64,000 bases of DNA from Psilocybe cubensis (taxonomy: Eukaryota), in the NCBI GenBank assembly GCA_017499595.2, contig CM039001.1:620001-684000 (forward strand), in the 5' to 3' direction. The translations under genes were made by a program, and so were the position numbers. Position 1 is the first letter of the stretch. Every line of letters begins with the position of its first letter. Of this stretch, positions 1 through 12,800 are shown piece by piece. A model generated the notes under the pieces. That model was given only the letters and a program-made list of their open reading frames with translations. It did not search any database and was not told the origin of the DNA.

Positions 1-2554
1 AAATGGCGAGCGCTTTGTGTGAAATAGCAACTGTCAGCTTTCCAAACATCTTGTGCAGCAGAGGAAGGCAACTCACATTAACCTGTTCCCATCTATGCTG
101 CATAATGATAAGTGCTCTTTCGTGAAACATCTGTTGTGATGTCGGTTGTTCTTGCGAGAGAGTAGTAGGCTCTTGGTTTTGCATAGCATCTGAATTGTGG
201 AAGTCGGGGACAACCACCGCTGTTATTTCGCTTTCGGCTTCTGGTGTGGGATCATTCACGCGAGAAGCTCCATTCCATCTATTCCTTAGCGCTTTAAGGT
301 TCAAGATGGGGGTAAGAAATACGACATTTTCATGAATGAATGAGGTCCTACCGTTGTAACCTTCAGGACCAGACACGCTATACTCACGAATTACCGCGCG
401 ACTCGGAGTTCCCCCTACCGGGATAAAGAATGTAGTATAGAGGGATCCAGTTGGATTAGCCATAAGGTGGATCTAGGTTATTAACTAGTAGGAGATGAGA
501 GAGAAGTATGGAGGATGCAAATGTGGCAGGATGCGCGATTTTAAAGCGTTATGCGGTCACGTTGTCGCTGCACTTTAGGGTAAACTTGAGCAAACTTGTC
601 CGACTGTTGTTGATTCGTCAACATACGCGTTGTGCATTGTTTGGCTGCTCCGTCGGCCGGGGGATCCACTCCTCCACTCCCTGGCCGGCCCATCAGAGTC
701 GGGGAGTTACGTGCCAATGTCACGGTGCGCGAGCACGACCCCTTGCTCAGCAGGCAATGTTTCCACATTACCGCTCGCTGGCTGATCGAATGTCGTACTT
801 CGGTGAGCGTACTCCACCTGTGCTTCACAGTGTCGCAGTCTAGCAGACGTGAACCATGTCAGAAGATTCATGCATTACGCAGAGCACTACAGCGTATCTC
901 AACAGGTCAGTGACCTCTGTCTATCCACGAACACTGTTGACAAAGGTTAGTATATAACGGCGATAGTAGATGGTCATCGACATACTGGTGATCCAAGAAT
1001 TTGCACTACAAAGACTATACCGTACCTCAATCATAGATGGCGACATTATGGAGGACAACGGAACGCCTGAAGCCAGCCGCGACCGATGCAAGCGCGACCA
1101 GAGCAATTCGTCTACCCTGTTCCGGGATCCAAGTCGTTGTGTGACCGCTACAAATCACCAATATGAAGTGGTATAGTGGCATAACCTCTATAGTTACCAT
1201 CCCACTGACCTTGTTCAAACATCCAGCAAGCCATGGACAGGATTGTTATCCACAATTTGTTGACACAGAACAGACTGGAACCAGATGGAGCATACATGTG
1301 TGTTGCTTCATACACCCTGCATCATATATCATGTTAGTGTTGTTTTTGAATCAGAATCAGAACTGGAGACACATCTCATGCATTATTTCATAGTTTTTGT
1401 GATGATTTTTCAGAGAAATACGTTAGGAATGATATTCCGAACGATATTTCTGTGATAAATCCCAACAAAAAGCACGAAATGATACAGGAAACGTATGTTC
1501 CGACAAGAAACCAGGTGGACTGAGCGGTCTGAAGTGGACAGGAGCCTTCTTGGTCTCGGGAAAGGACACCCATGGCCCCACAACCATTTAGGCTCATTTC
1601 TTCGTTCTTTCCCATACAAAGGAATTCCTTTGCTTAATGGAAATGCTTCATGGACCGATCCAGATCGAAGGTTCCTGTCACAGACTCTGTAACTTTGATC
1701 CATGTCAAATTGATCCCAGGCTTGTAAAAGCGAGTTCGGGATGACCCGAAGCGAGACGGTTTTGCCACCACATGGCGTGTCCTTGTGTCTCGTTTCCCTA
1801 GGAGGCACCGTTGATTTTCCAGTGCAGCCAAAATATTCGCTCTTCTTTTCGCAGTTTGGTTCATTGTTTTACGATTCAAGCCTCAACAGACGACACTATG
1901 CCCATGGCGAGTCAGTTGCGTGTACACGAATCAGATCGGACAGACCAGAGCCATTTTCTCGCTGAATAGTCCTTCCTTCCAGCCTCAAATATGAAACAGA
2001 TCCTCAATCGGCAGAGAGATGTTGTAAATGAACAATTGGCGCGTTCATGGCAAATATGGCGTTGTGGGGCGAGTTTTGGATGAGGATTCAACTTTTGAAT
2101 GCTTTTTTCCCCCCCAGCACCTTCCTCGATCGAGCCTGGTGACCTTAGGGTAGGCTCAATTTCAAGTACCCACAGCGACGGCTACCTGACAAACTAAACG
2201 CCACGCGCACCCTGATTGTGCCTATATCCGGTTATTCAGAATCAATACTTCCGATTTAGGCCATTTTGATGGAAAGTTCAACTTTCGTTTTGTTTTGTAC
2301 ATAGGTTTACTGTATAAGGAATTTAATTGTTCAATGACATTCCATCCAGCCATAAACTGTTTTAACTAATGTGGACAATAATATCCTAGCTGTTCATGTA
2401 AACGCATCCATGATGTTCTGTAGATAAAGTGAAAAAAGAGAAAAATTGACCGAGGATTACAAAGCTGTCCAAAAGTGGAAAGAATTAAGGATCAAAGGGT
2501 ATACTGAACGAGAAATAAATAAGAACCAAAGAATAAAGCTAAAGCTTCACTGTT

Positions 2555-5500
2555 TCAATAGTAATCTCGCGTATGTGTCTCGTCAGTTTCAGTCCGTCCG
2601 CGCATAAAGGATTCGTCACGATGGCTGCTGGCGACGAAGGGATCAGCGCTGGGCACTGGGTCGAAAACAGCACTCGATGCCACCCAAGAGGACAAGTTGG
2701 GAAGCATGGTTCCTCCCCTGGTTGGCGTAGTTATCGAAAGGGCTGACCTCATCTGGCTGACTTTTCTCGGTGTCGAAGGCTGATTGGGCACTCCTTCCTC
2801 CGCTAGGCGATTCCGTGTTTGCCCAGATGGCAGGGTACTTGTTGAAGATTCCTCATTTACGCCAGTTTCATTGGCACGTGGAGGTGGTGGAGGCGAAGAA
2901 GGCACTGCTGAACCAGAAGTCGTAGCAGAGGCTCGTAAGTTCTGAACGGTACGGCTAAGAACCTGGAACATCGAGGCACGATCAGGCCAGGCTGGTAACC
3001 TGGCAGACGTATTGGGGAAGACAAAAGCCTGGCGTTGCGGTGAAGGCGGCAAATGAGGAGATTTGGGATCGTCTCCATGATTGGTAAAGGTGGAATGTAT
3101 TGAAGAGTCGGACAGGCCACGCCTGCGCAGTGTCCGCTGGAGTAGTGGAGGAAGGTAATCAGGCTCTTCGTCAATGTCCTGCGGTCTTTCCACATCTATC
3201 ACAGCATCAACATTGCGCGAAAGCCTGTTGGCATTCTTTCTTCCATTTGATCTTCCAATGGTTGCAGTGGATAAATCTGAAGAATTCATAAATGACGGAG
3301 CCTTTCGAAGGGTTTGGTTCGGGTTCGATGTTGAAGGTACCACCACCCACGGATCTAATTCAACATTCCGAGGTGCTCCGGCGAAAATGTCCATCAGACC
3401 AGACGATGTTCCTTGTGTCGACATAGAAGTATCCGCCGATGATTCGGTAGCTGGTATTGGCTGAGCAGAAAATGTGCTGGTTACGGCTCGTCCTACACCA
3501 GACCCTGAGAATTCGACGTTGACAGTCGTTGCAGATGCTGCAAGAGCCGGTCCCAGCTTCGGAACAAACCTGGGAGGGCGGACAGTGCTATTCGAGGCTC
3601 CAGAGCTCGTTGAACGCGCCAGCCCATTTCGGTTGGGAGAAGCAAAAGTTTCGCGTCCAGTTGGTGAGAAAAGTTTTGAAATAGGTGCCATCCATGCAGT
3701 GACACCACCTTGCGTTGCCGCATCTCTCTCTTTTTCTCTTTCCCTTCTCTCAGCCTCCACTTTTCCAGGGTTCAGTGCCAGCTCACTAATGCGTGGTGCT
3801 GAAGACGGGTCAAGCACTACATCATTCAAGGTTACACGCATATGACCCATCTCCGTGAATATGTCCTTCACAAGCTTAAACAACACGCGCAGGTCTTTTC
3901 GATTACACGTCGTCACCGTCTTCTCATCCTCCAACAGCATCCGGAATTGAGAGCGAAGGCCAGTGGCATCAGCGACAATGTTTGAGACTGTACTGCGAGA
4001 AAGGTGTCCAACGTCGGCTCCTTTCAGGTGTTGTCGTTTTAGACGATTGGTGAGGGTCAACGCATCGGTCTGACTGAGTCGATTGAACAGATTCGTAACT
4101 CTCTCCAAGATAGCCGACACGTGCGAAGACTGCGATTGAGATTCTGAAAATGAAGATGTTTCTGACTGTTGTTCGTGCGGAGACAGTGATGAAAAATGTA
4201 AAGGAAGAGGAGAAGGAGACAACGCCGAATCCAACAGAGGGTCTGTTTGCGTCGCTCGCGACCGCGTCAGCAGCAACAGCGGTTTACGTGCGTTGGACCT
4301 CTCATGCTCGTCGTAGCCTCCATCATCTTGTATTTCATAGCTGATAGGTGACTTGGAGGGAGAAATGCGTCCAAAGGAGTTCCATTTATCTCCTGGGGCG
4401 AGAGATTCTGTGAATGAGGCCGGAGAGCGAGTAGTTTCGGGTGTTAAGGGTTCTTGAGAGGGAATATAATGCCGACGCACGTCGATATTTTGTGGAGCCG
4501 AACGTCGACGAGAGCGACCTTCAGTGCTGGTATTCCGATGGCCTTTACTAGGTGTTGACTTGGAGCAAAATAAATTTTAGAACAAAAAAGTCATTTCATA
4601 TTTGAGTACTTACAATAAAATCTTTCAGTGAGATTGATGGAACACTTCCAGAATGGAAATGCCTAGAATGTGGGGTATTGGCTAAAAAGAATCAGTTTAC
4701 ATAGAGTATTGACTAGACAAAATTATGATTACCTCCAGAACGTGGCAAAGGCGAGGCGGTAGCTCGCTGTTCATCTAACTCTTCTTGCAGAGCGTGCAAA
4801 TCCTCCCTTGATTCGGTTAATAGATGTTGCAGTTCGGCATTGTCCCGCTTAAGCGTTTCGTTGTCTTGCACTAGAGATTCCAGCACTGTCGTGAGTTGTT
4901 CTTCCTCAACTTTGGCGGTCACACCCAGATGCTGCTAGAACATTTAAAATTCAGGTGGCAGCATCAAAGAAATGATACGCACTGAATTACGGAAAGAGTC
5001 AAGTCGTGATTTTGCTTCCTGCAGAATGGTTTCGGAAAGTTCCAGGCGACTATGTCGTTTCTCTTCCAAGCTCTCCTGAAGGCGTCGAACCTCACTTTGG
5101 AGTTTAGCTACAGAAAGGGTATTATTAGCATCGGCAACCTCATTCCAAAGGGGACAGGCTAAGTAGAGGCTGACCTGTTTTTTCCTTCAAAGCAGCAAAA
5201 CGAGATTCTGCTAGACGGGCCCGATGCGTTTCTCCATCCCTCTCTTGCTGCATGTCGTCCCTTTCCTTCAGCGCTGCTGAAAGACGAGTATCCCACCCCA
5301 CAGACCGTGCATGGTGGGCAGTCAAGCGAGAAATCATTTCTCTGGCTTCTTGAAGTTCTTGCAGAATAGTTTTGTTGGAAACTTCGGTAACTTCATTGTT
5401 AACAAGAGCCTGATTCAGTTTCTATTGATAAAAACCTGTCAATGGAAGGTTTTGAAGAAAAAAACACAAAACACCACCTTCTCTAGTTGCGCTTTCTCTC

Positions 5501-6003
5501 GAGAGAGTTCCTCAAGTTCGTTTTGGAGTTCGTCGTTGGTGACCTGGGAGGTCAGCCGCTCGACTGTTGGCATGTATTGACCATTGCTGCTCTGAAGTCC
5601 ACGCTGGGAAAGCATCGTTAATCGTCGCATATGCATGGGTATTGAGAGGTGAACAGACCTCGCTCTGTCGAACATAAGCAGCGTGTCGTTGTAATAGTGC
5701 TTGTCCAACCTCTGAGCAAGTTGATTGTCAGTCGAGGTTTTAAAGGAAGCGAGCGATAGCCATACCAGCACTCAACACCAACCGACTTCCCAGCCGTGAC
5801 TTCAGCTCAAGCCATGCCTTCAAATTCTCGCAATCATCCTTCCCACAGCAGCAAGAGAGTGAAACTACTGGATCCGGCGAAGGTACACGAGAAAAATTGG
5901 CCAACGCCGCCGTTAGGTCGTCAATTGTGCTCGTCGCATGGTACAGGCTGCTTGTTAAGGGGGTTTCTGGCGTCGTAGGCCGGCTCGAGTCAGGAACATT
6001 CAT
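2555..6003 (-). CDS. Multi-exon coiled-coil protein of unknown function
   Basis: ATG at 6003 (MNVPDSSRP...). The ORF pieces 5740-6003, 5439-5716, 5140-5337, 4713-4922 and 2555-4480 are separated by GT-AG introns. The N-half has heptad-rich segments (LESLVQDNETLKRDNAELQHLL) and the C-half is long and S/P-rich. Confidence 0.8.
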
Positions 6004-6831
6004 GATGGATTAGTCGGATATGCTAACGTATTTCCAGGTTATAGAATTTGTTTAGACCTCATTACAAGTCCGCTGGCAGGGCATAAAGAAAGAGTTTCGG
6101 TCCATTGACTTCATTATCGCGGTTAGAGTGCAGAGCACGTGATCACGTAAGTACCTGATCTTCCTCCTGGCAGAGCTCCGATCTCTTGTCTCCTTAAACC
6201 ATTACCACCTGGAGTCTGGCAGACTCTGTTTTTGTTCATTTTTGGCAGTGATAATCGTATGAACTTGAAGCACAAGAGCACTATCATACAACCTCAAAGC
6301 CAATGCTGGACATGACACTTGGGATACGTCTTCGTCAAAGTTATGGCATGGGACAACGAGAACTTCCGGAACTTGAGAGCCTTTATTTTGACAGCAATTC
6401 GTGAATGTTGGGCAACTTCGCAATAGATGCACACTCTCAGCAACACGCCCGTCGTCACTGTCGTGGAATAGTCACTCCTATTTTTGGTGCTCTATTTCCG
6501 CCAGAAGTCATTTATAATTATTTGATTTGATTGAGCTGAGTAATGTATATGTTGCAGGGTTGACTGCAGGGAATGTGTGAATAACTGGACAAGTAATACA
6601 TGAGAGAAACGAATTGTGTGAAGCCCGGAAAGGAGGTGAAATAAAATGATCGGTCTATGCCATACACGACATTCAATTCTGAGATCAGGGAGCAACGAAG
6701 AGATAGATATAATACAACTTGTAGGAAGATAAAAAATGAATTGAATGTGGCAAGCATGGTGAGTATAGCATGGAGAGTAAGATATAGATCCAAATCCAAT
6801 TGGAAGGGAAACAAAGGTACTACGAAGGGTG

Positions 6832-9800
6832 TTATGATATCATGAGGGTAATCAATCCAGGTATCCAGTTAATCATTTTGGTGCCGTGGCCTTTGTTGAG
6901 TGGAAGAAATTGGAAGTTGTTCGCAAGCCCTTGCATACTAAGGTCTTCAAGAGCATTCAGATGAGAACGCCCTGGTCCAATTAAGCTTTCTTCCAAAACG
7001 CTGAGAGTCGAAGTCGATCCGTGACTCGTGCTATTGCTCGAACGAACAGGATCTTGTGACGCAATTCGGAAAATGTTGGAAACAGAGCGAATGATAGATG
7101 CATTGGACGAATTCCCAAATGACCATTTTATACGGTCTTGTATGGTATCATAGCTGTGGTCAATTCTTTTTTAGCAATTTAGCACCAGCATCAGAACATG
7201 AGCAGCTTACATAATAGCAGCAACGTCTGGATAAACGTTGGCAATATTTGAGAGCAGTTCATACAGCAATTCACATTCTGCATCATCGCCTTGGGCGGAA
7301 ATGAGAAGTGTACCCACAAAAGAAGCCACAAGCAGCGCTGTATTGGAATCCCGAATGCCAAGATTGATATGATCCAAGGATGGAATTGCTGTTTCTTCAG
7401 CATCTCCAATGTGACTTTCAGAACTCCAAGTATCTTCAACGTTGCAATCGACCAAAAGGTTCCGGAATGTACTGATAGTCGTCGAAACTGGTAAAAGGGC
7501 AATAACATAGCCCAGCACATGTGGACTTGGTGCTACCTTGAATCCATTGGGTAAACCTTCGAGATCCATCTGTACCCTTGAAGTCACCCGACAAAGTGTC
7601 CTTAATACCAGTTCCGCTGCTTCTCTTTGGTGCTGATTATGCCTGATACCTTTAAAGATGACAGCAGCCAGTGAAAAAGAGAAACTAGTATCGAATGATA
7701 TCCGCAATATTTCGTCAAGCTGTGACATTACTTCGTCCAAGAGTTCGCGACTTTCCATGAGAACACTGTGTACGGAATTCGACTTGAACATTTCTTGTTT
7801 CTCCATATTCTCCAACGTAACGCGAAGAAGGCAGGTGGCGTCGATATAAAATCCAACATGACTGGCTTCCAGGAGGGCGACCGAGAGCCAAAAGAGGACA
7901 CACAGATACCGGGACGTCTCAACGATAGCCGGAACAATCTTGCACATGCATCGAAGCATGCTGACAATAGCCATGGTATTGCTCTCATTCGCCTTGGTCA
8001 ATGCGCTCTTGAAGGCCACTAGAATTTGATACAAGAAGTCATCGTCCACATCTGTAGTAGCCAATGCAGCTAAAGCGATGAACGACCGGGCCTGAACTGC
8101 GGGCGATTGTTGGAATGCTGTTGCAGTTACCAGACTCATCCATCGCGCCTTCCAAACATTCAACAATCCTGATAAAGATTTAAATCACATCAGAAAAATT
8201 TTAGAATTACCGAATGTTAGAGCAAACCTTGTGTGCCTGCCGATACACTCAGTAATCTGAGCAAGAATTGAACCAGATGCTCCTGATTATCCAATATGTC
8301 CTTATCATTGTTCATTTCATAGTTGACATATTCTCCGGCAGCAGTTTCGCGTCGAAGTCCAAATAGCTTGAGGGTAGACGGAAGGTTGCAATCATTAATC
8401 AATTGCATTAATGCTTGCTCCTCGGGGCCATTTTCATGACGTGCGATGTATAGAGACTGCAAGAGGTTTACGACAATTCCGAAGGTCGATTTGCGGACAA
8501 TAGCAGGTCCTTCCCCAGCAACCAGAGATACAAGGTGAATAATTTCGGGAACGAAAAGATAGTTGACTCCGGCGTCCGTTGATTGAGATCCAACGACTAA
8601 TGATAATCGAATCAATGTTGAGATTTCACTCCAGTTTGAATGTTCCAAAAAACTAGTGGTGAATTTTGGGGGTACTTTACTCAAAGCCTAAGCGCGTGTT
8701 AGTAGAATGGTGATCATGAATGTCCAACCTGCGTACCTTTCGCAATTTTGAGTAAACTCTGCCCCGGATGTTGATTGAAGATAGGGATGCCACAATGTAA
8801 GAAATAGTCTCACACCGCTGCGTACCGATACCGGCATCAGTAGCCGTGCGCACCAATTCGTCCAGTATGATATCCAGGATATTACCCTCCAGTTTGGATA
8901 CTTCGCTCCATATGTATTTTTGAACAGTTGAAGTTATCTGCCAAGAATCTTTGTAAGTACCTAGCTATATGTAAAAGGCATTACCGCACCTCTGGGAATG
9001 CGAGAGATATATCGGCCAAGGTTCGAATGCAATCGCGAAGTCTCGCTCCAGAACGTTCGTACAGTGGATGGATCGCATTGGCGAAATGTGCCAAATTGTG
9101 TATCCAAGGGCTCATGTACTGCAAACAGTTGATGCGGTGCGACGCCGACGTCTTTTCCATACCAGTCATTGCTGCAGAAACTTCGTGGATAAAGTCGAGC
9201 GTAAGTTGAGGTGCAAACTCTGCGAGCTTTTGGCTCAAGTTTGTGACAAATGCAATGGGATCACCGACAATGAAACCCGCTATAGGATTCATTAGACAAG
9301 AAAAAGGCAAATGTAGCAATGTCATACCTTTGGAAGCGATTATAGGGCTCTTATCGTACTTCAAATATTTGCAAACAGCTCCAAGGAGATCATATGCTGC
9401 ACCACGCAGGTCTTCATCATTCAGATCGACACTTTGGAAGCCAATGTGAAGCAAAGTGGCAGGAACATTGGAAAATCTAGAGAACCGCTCTGCCAATGGA
9501 GCTGGTGCTTCCTTCATTTTTCCTTTCCAGGCTCTAATGCACTGAAAATATGTGTAAGAATATAGAGAACAAAACACCAAGGTTTGAATTGTATGTACCT
9601 TGACAATCTGCTCCCTGTTAGGAGAAGAAAAGTAGATTGTGACTCCCTGCCTACGACGTATGATGAATTCGTTCGTATCCTGGCCGGTTGAAACATTGTA
9701 TATATCGCTAACATCTGCAAGAGCTATCAGCTCGGTGGATTTGCACGACAACCCAGGAGAAATGGATAATGATTTAACCTGGAAAACGGTGAAAAGAGGC

Positions 9801-12800
9801 AGATATTTAAACATTGTCGAAAACATACTGAAGTTACTCGGATATGAGTTGTGCCAACACGCATAACCACAGGCACTCTTGATGTTGTCCGCATAGTAAC
9901 ATCTGTAAATGTCTCTGCAACCTCTTGCTCTAGTGATACTGAAAATATAGTATTTAGTAAACACGGAAATAAAAAGAAGCATTCGTAAGGTATACCTGGA
10001 TACGCCAATGGAGCAATGGCGACAGTCCGAACATCTTCCATAAGCTGTAACACGGATGTATATGCCTTGATTTCGCTGCAGAGAGGAGTGCCTACACCAA
10101 CATCAGAGGCAAGACTAAGGTCAAAGCCGACGGCTTACCAGCAGAGATGTTATATAAGCGACGTAGATACTTTTGAGTCAAAGCATTGGGACTCAAAATA
10201 CGGGTGACAGCAAAGCGAGAACGAATGTCGGAGGGAATCAATTCCGCACAGTATTTTAACCATTGAAGAGGAACCTCCGAGATAGAACTGAAACCTGTAC
10301 AATCCAAGATAATGTCAAACTGACGGGCTTTGTACAAATTCGACGACAATGTCTGAACCAAAGGTCAGTTAATATTACAACAATGAAAGGAGAAGGGCAT
10401 ACTTTGAGGATGTAGTACATGAACAACTCGATGTCGAGATTTTCTACATTGATTTTAGATAGCCGAAGAATGAAAACGGCGGTACTTTCCTGCATAGATA
10501 TGTTAGAAAAAAACACGAAGATAGTAATCCAGACGCACAAGGACATCAGTCTCCAAAAACAAGTCCTCTACCGATCTTGTGTCCCTGTTGGCCATTTTGC
10601 TCATGAGATCAAGGAATTCTCTGTGTTGCGTGGAATCCGAAGTAGCCAATCGAGGAACGTCCATCGGTGGTCCCAAATCAACCAAGAGTGCGCACAGGCC
10701 ATCCCACGCTCGCTTTCCATTAAGAGCTGAAGTATCGCCATCCGGCGACGGTTTGGAAAGGCTAAGGAGCTCCTTGCCAATTTTGTCAGCATGCTTATGG
10801 AAAAAGCGATGGAGCACCACAACGTCAGTATCATCTGAAGTTGTTCCTAGCCAGTGATCGTTAGTTTCATCACCCGAAGCAGAATATTTCTTCCAAAAAG
10901 TTAGCAACATTCCACAATGGTCAGAAAAGTAAAGACGTACGTTCAATTCTGAAAGGAAGCGCGTCACATTAGAAATGTTTCCCTCCAGAAATTTGTTCAA
11001 AGTGGTCATATGGGGCTCTTTTCCAAAAAAGATGTTGTTTGCCAGATTCTGGATTATCTTGGCAATCACCATGAGACCTCGACGCAAGATTATAGAGTTT
11101 TCTCCTTTGGGTACTTCTATGTCGATTGTTTCCGGTGTCACGACGGCCGGAGATATGAATCTAGACGCCCATTAAAAATTTGCAGATGAAGACACCAAAT
11201 AACATGCCTACCTCAAAAATATGAAAGCGCCCATCGCTGCATATTTTGCCTCTGGCCAGATTTCAGCTCTAGAATTATAATGAGCAAAGTTTCAGGCAGC
11301 AAACGCTACACATACACAGTTTTGCCGATGTGTGCACAGATTTCCCGGAACATTCTGAAGAACATAAGTTTGATATCAAATTAACAGAAAAGTAAAACTC
11401 TAACCCAGGTAAAGCAGGCAAAGAAGAGGACATCAATTGAATGAATGTGAACGCTACATATTCAACATTTCGCTGGTTTTGGACGACGTCTTGGCCCACG
11501 GCTTTGGTTGGATCAATTTCGTATCCAGACCCAGGAGGCATCTGAACCATTGTATCAAGCAGTGGTTGAACAAGGCTTCTGAGATATTGATATCCATGAA
11601 GTTTAGCGAAGGCAGATAAGAATCTCGTGCATGTAGAATTGCTTCGGAATAAATTTGCTTCATTGTCTGGAAACATTCAATCAAAAATCAGCACCAGGTT
11701 ACTTAAATTTTACTCACCTGTGTTCATCACTTCGCGTTCTATCATGAGTTTGATGAGATTCATCAAGGCAGGTCGAGAATCAAAAACATTTAAGAGTACT
11801 GAAATAATCATCTCAGCTTCGGCAGGCGGGCATATATCGCATATTGTGATCGCAAGAGTCATCTAAAATGCGTTAATACACTCAAAAATAACAGATTCGT
11901 TAGAAACTTACGTCAGGACTTCTGACGAGCTGAAAAGAATGTATATGTTATTGAAAGAAAAATGAACCAACAATCCGGAAACGTACTTCGCACAAGGACA
12001 TATGACGAACTTTAGTCACTGTTTTATCTTCAGGATCGAACACAGTGCCTTGTCCTATTACTCTGGCGAAAACATGTGCGAAAATAGAACGTTTGCGATT
12101 GTCTTGATCGTAAGCCAATGGAAGGCACTGTTTGAAGCCACTTTCGCTATTTGAGCTAACTAAATGAGTGAGTCCAGTGATCACAAGTTCTCGCAGCTCA
12201 GCCTCTTTCTGTGACGTGCGCATTTTCTGCATTTAATTGTAAGTAAAGGCGTTGATATACTTAACCAGATATCATTCGTACCTGTTGAATGGAACCAATC
12301 TCAGACACTGCATCAGAGGTCTATCCATTCGATGCAGCGATCTTTAGCTTTCAATGAGTCTGATGAGTAAGGACACGAAAACTGACCATGCTCTCTGATT
12401 GACAATTTTCAAGGCTATCAAGAAGAGCGGTGGAATATTTATTGAAGAGGCGCGAGACCACATGCACCGTATCATCCGCGGTATTAGAAGTGTCCGTTGT
12501 TTTCAATTGTAACCGATCCAACAGCTTCACTGCGGCGCGAAGACAAGCCATATTGAGTTCATTGGCAGAGGCTGGATTAGGATGGTCCACCATCACCTTA
12601 TTGTGAAAATTAAGTATTCGGCAACAGGGTAACCTAGTAAAAAGAAAGTGCGACATACCTTGGCAGAAACCATCCATACTCCAAGAACCTGATCGAGAAT
12701 GTCGTGGCGTAGGGAGCTATCTTTGCGGATTGTCAAATTATCAGTCCTACTACACAAGCTTTCGCATAATCCGCAGAACTTGAGTCTTAAGCGGTGTGTA

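Noticed and set aside
1..2100. Several 60-130 aa ORFs on both strands
   Set aside because: No recognisable motif, and I could not assemble a consistent spliced model; a divergent or decayed gene cannot be excluded.
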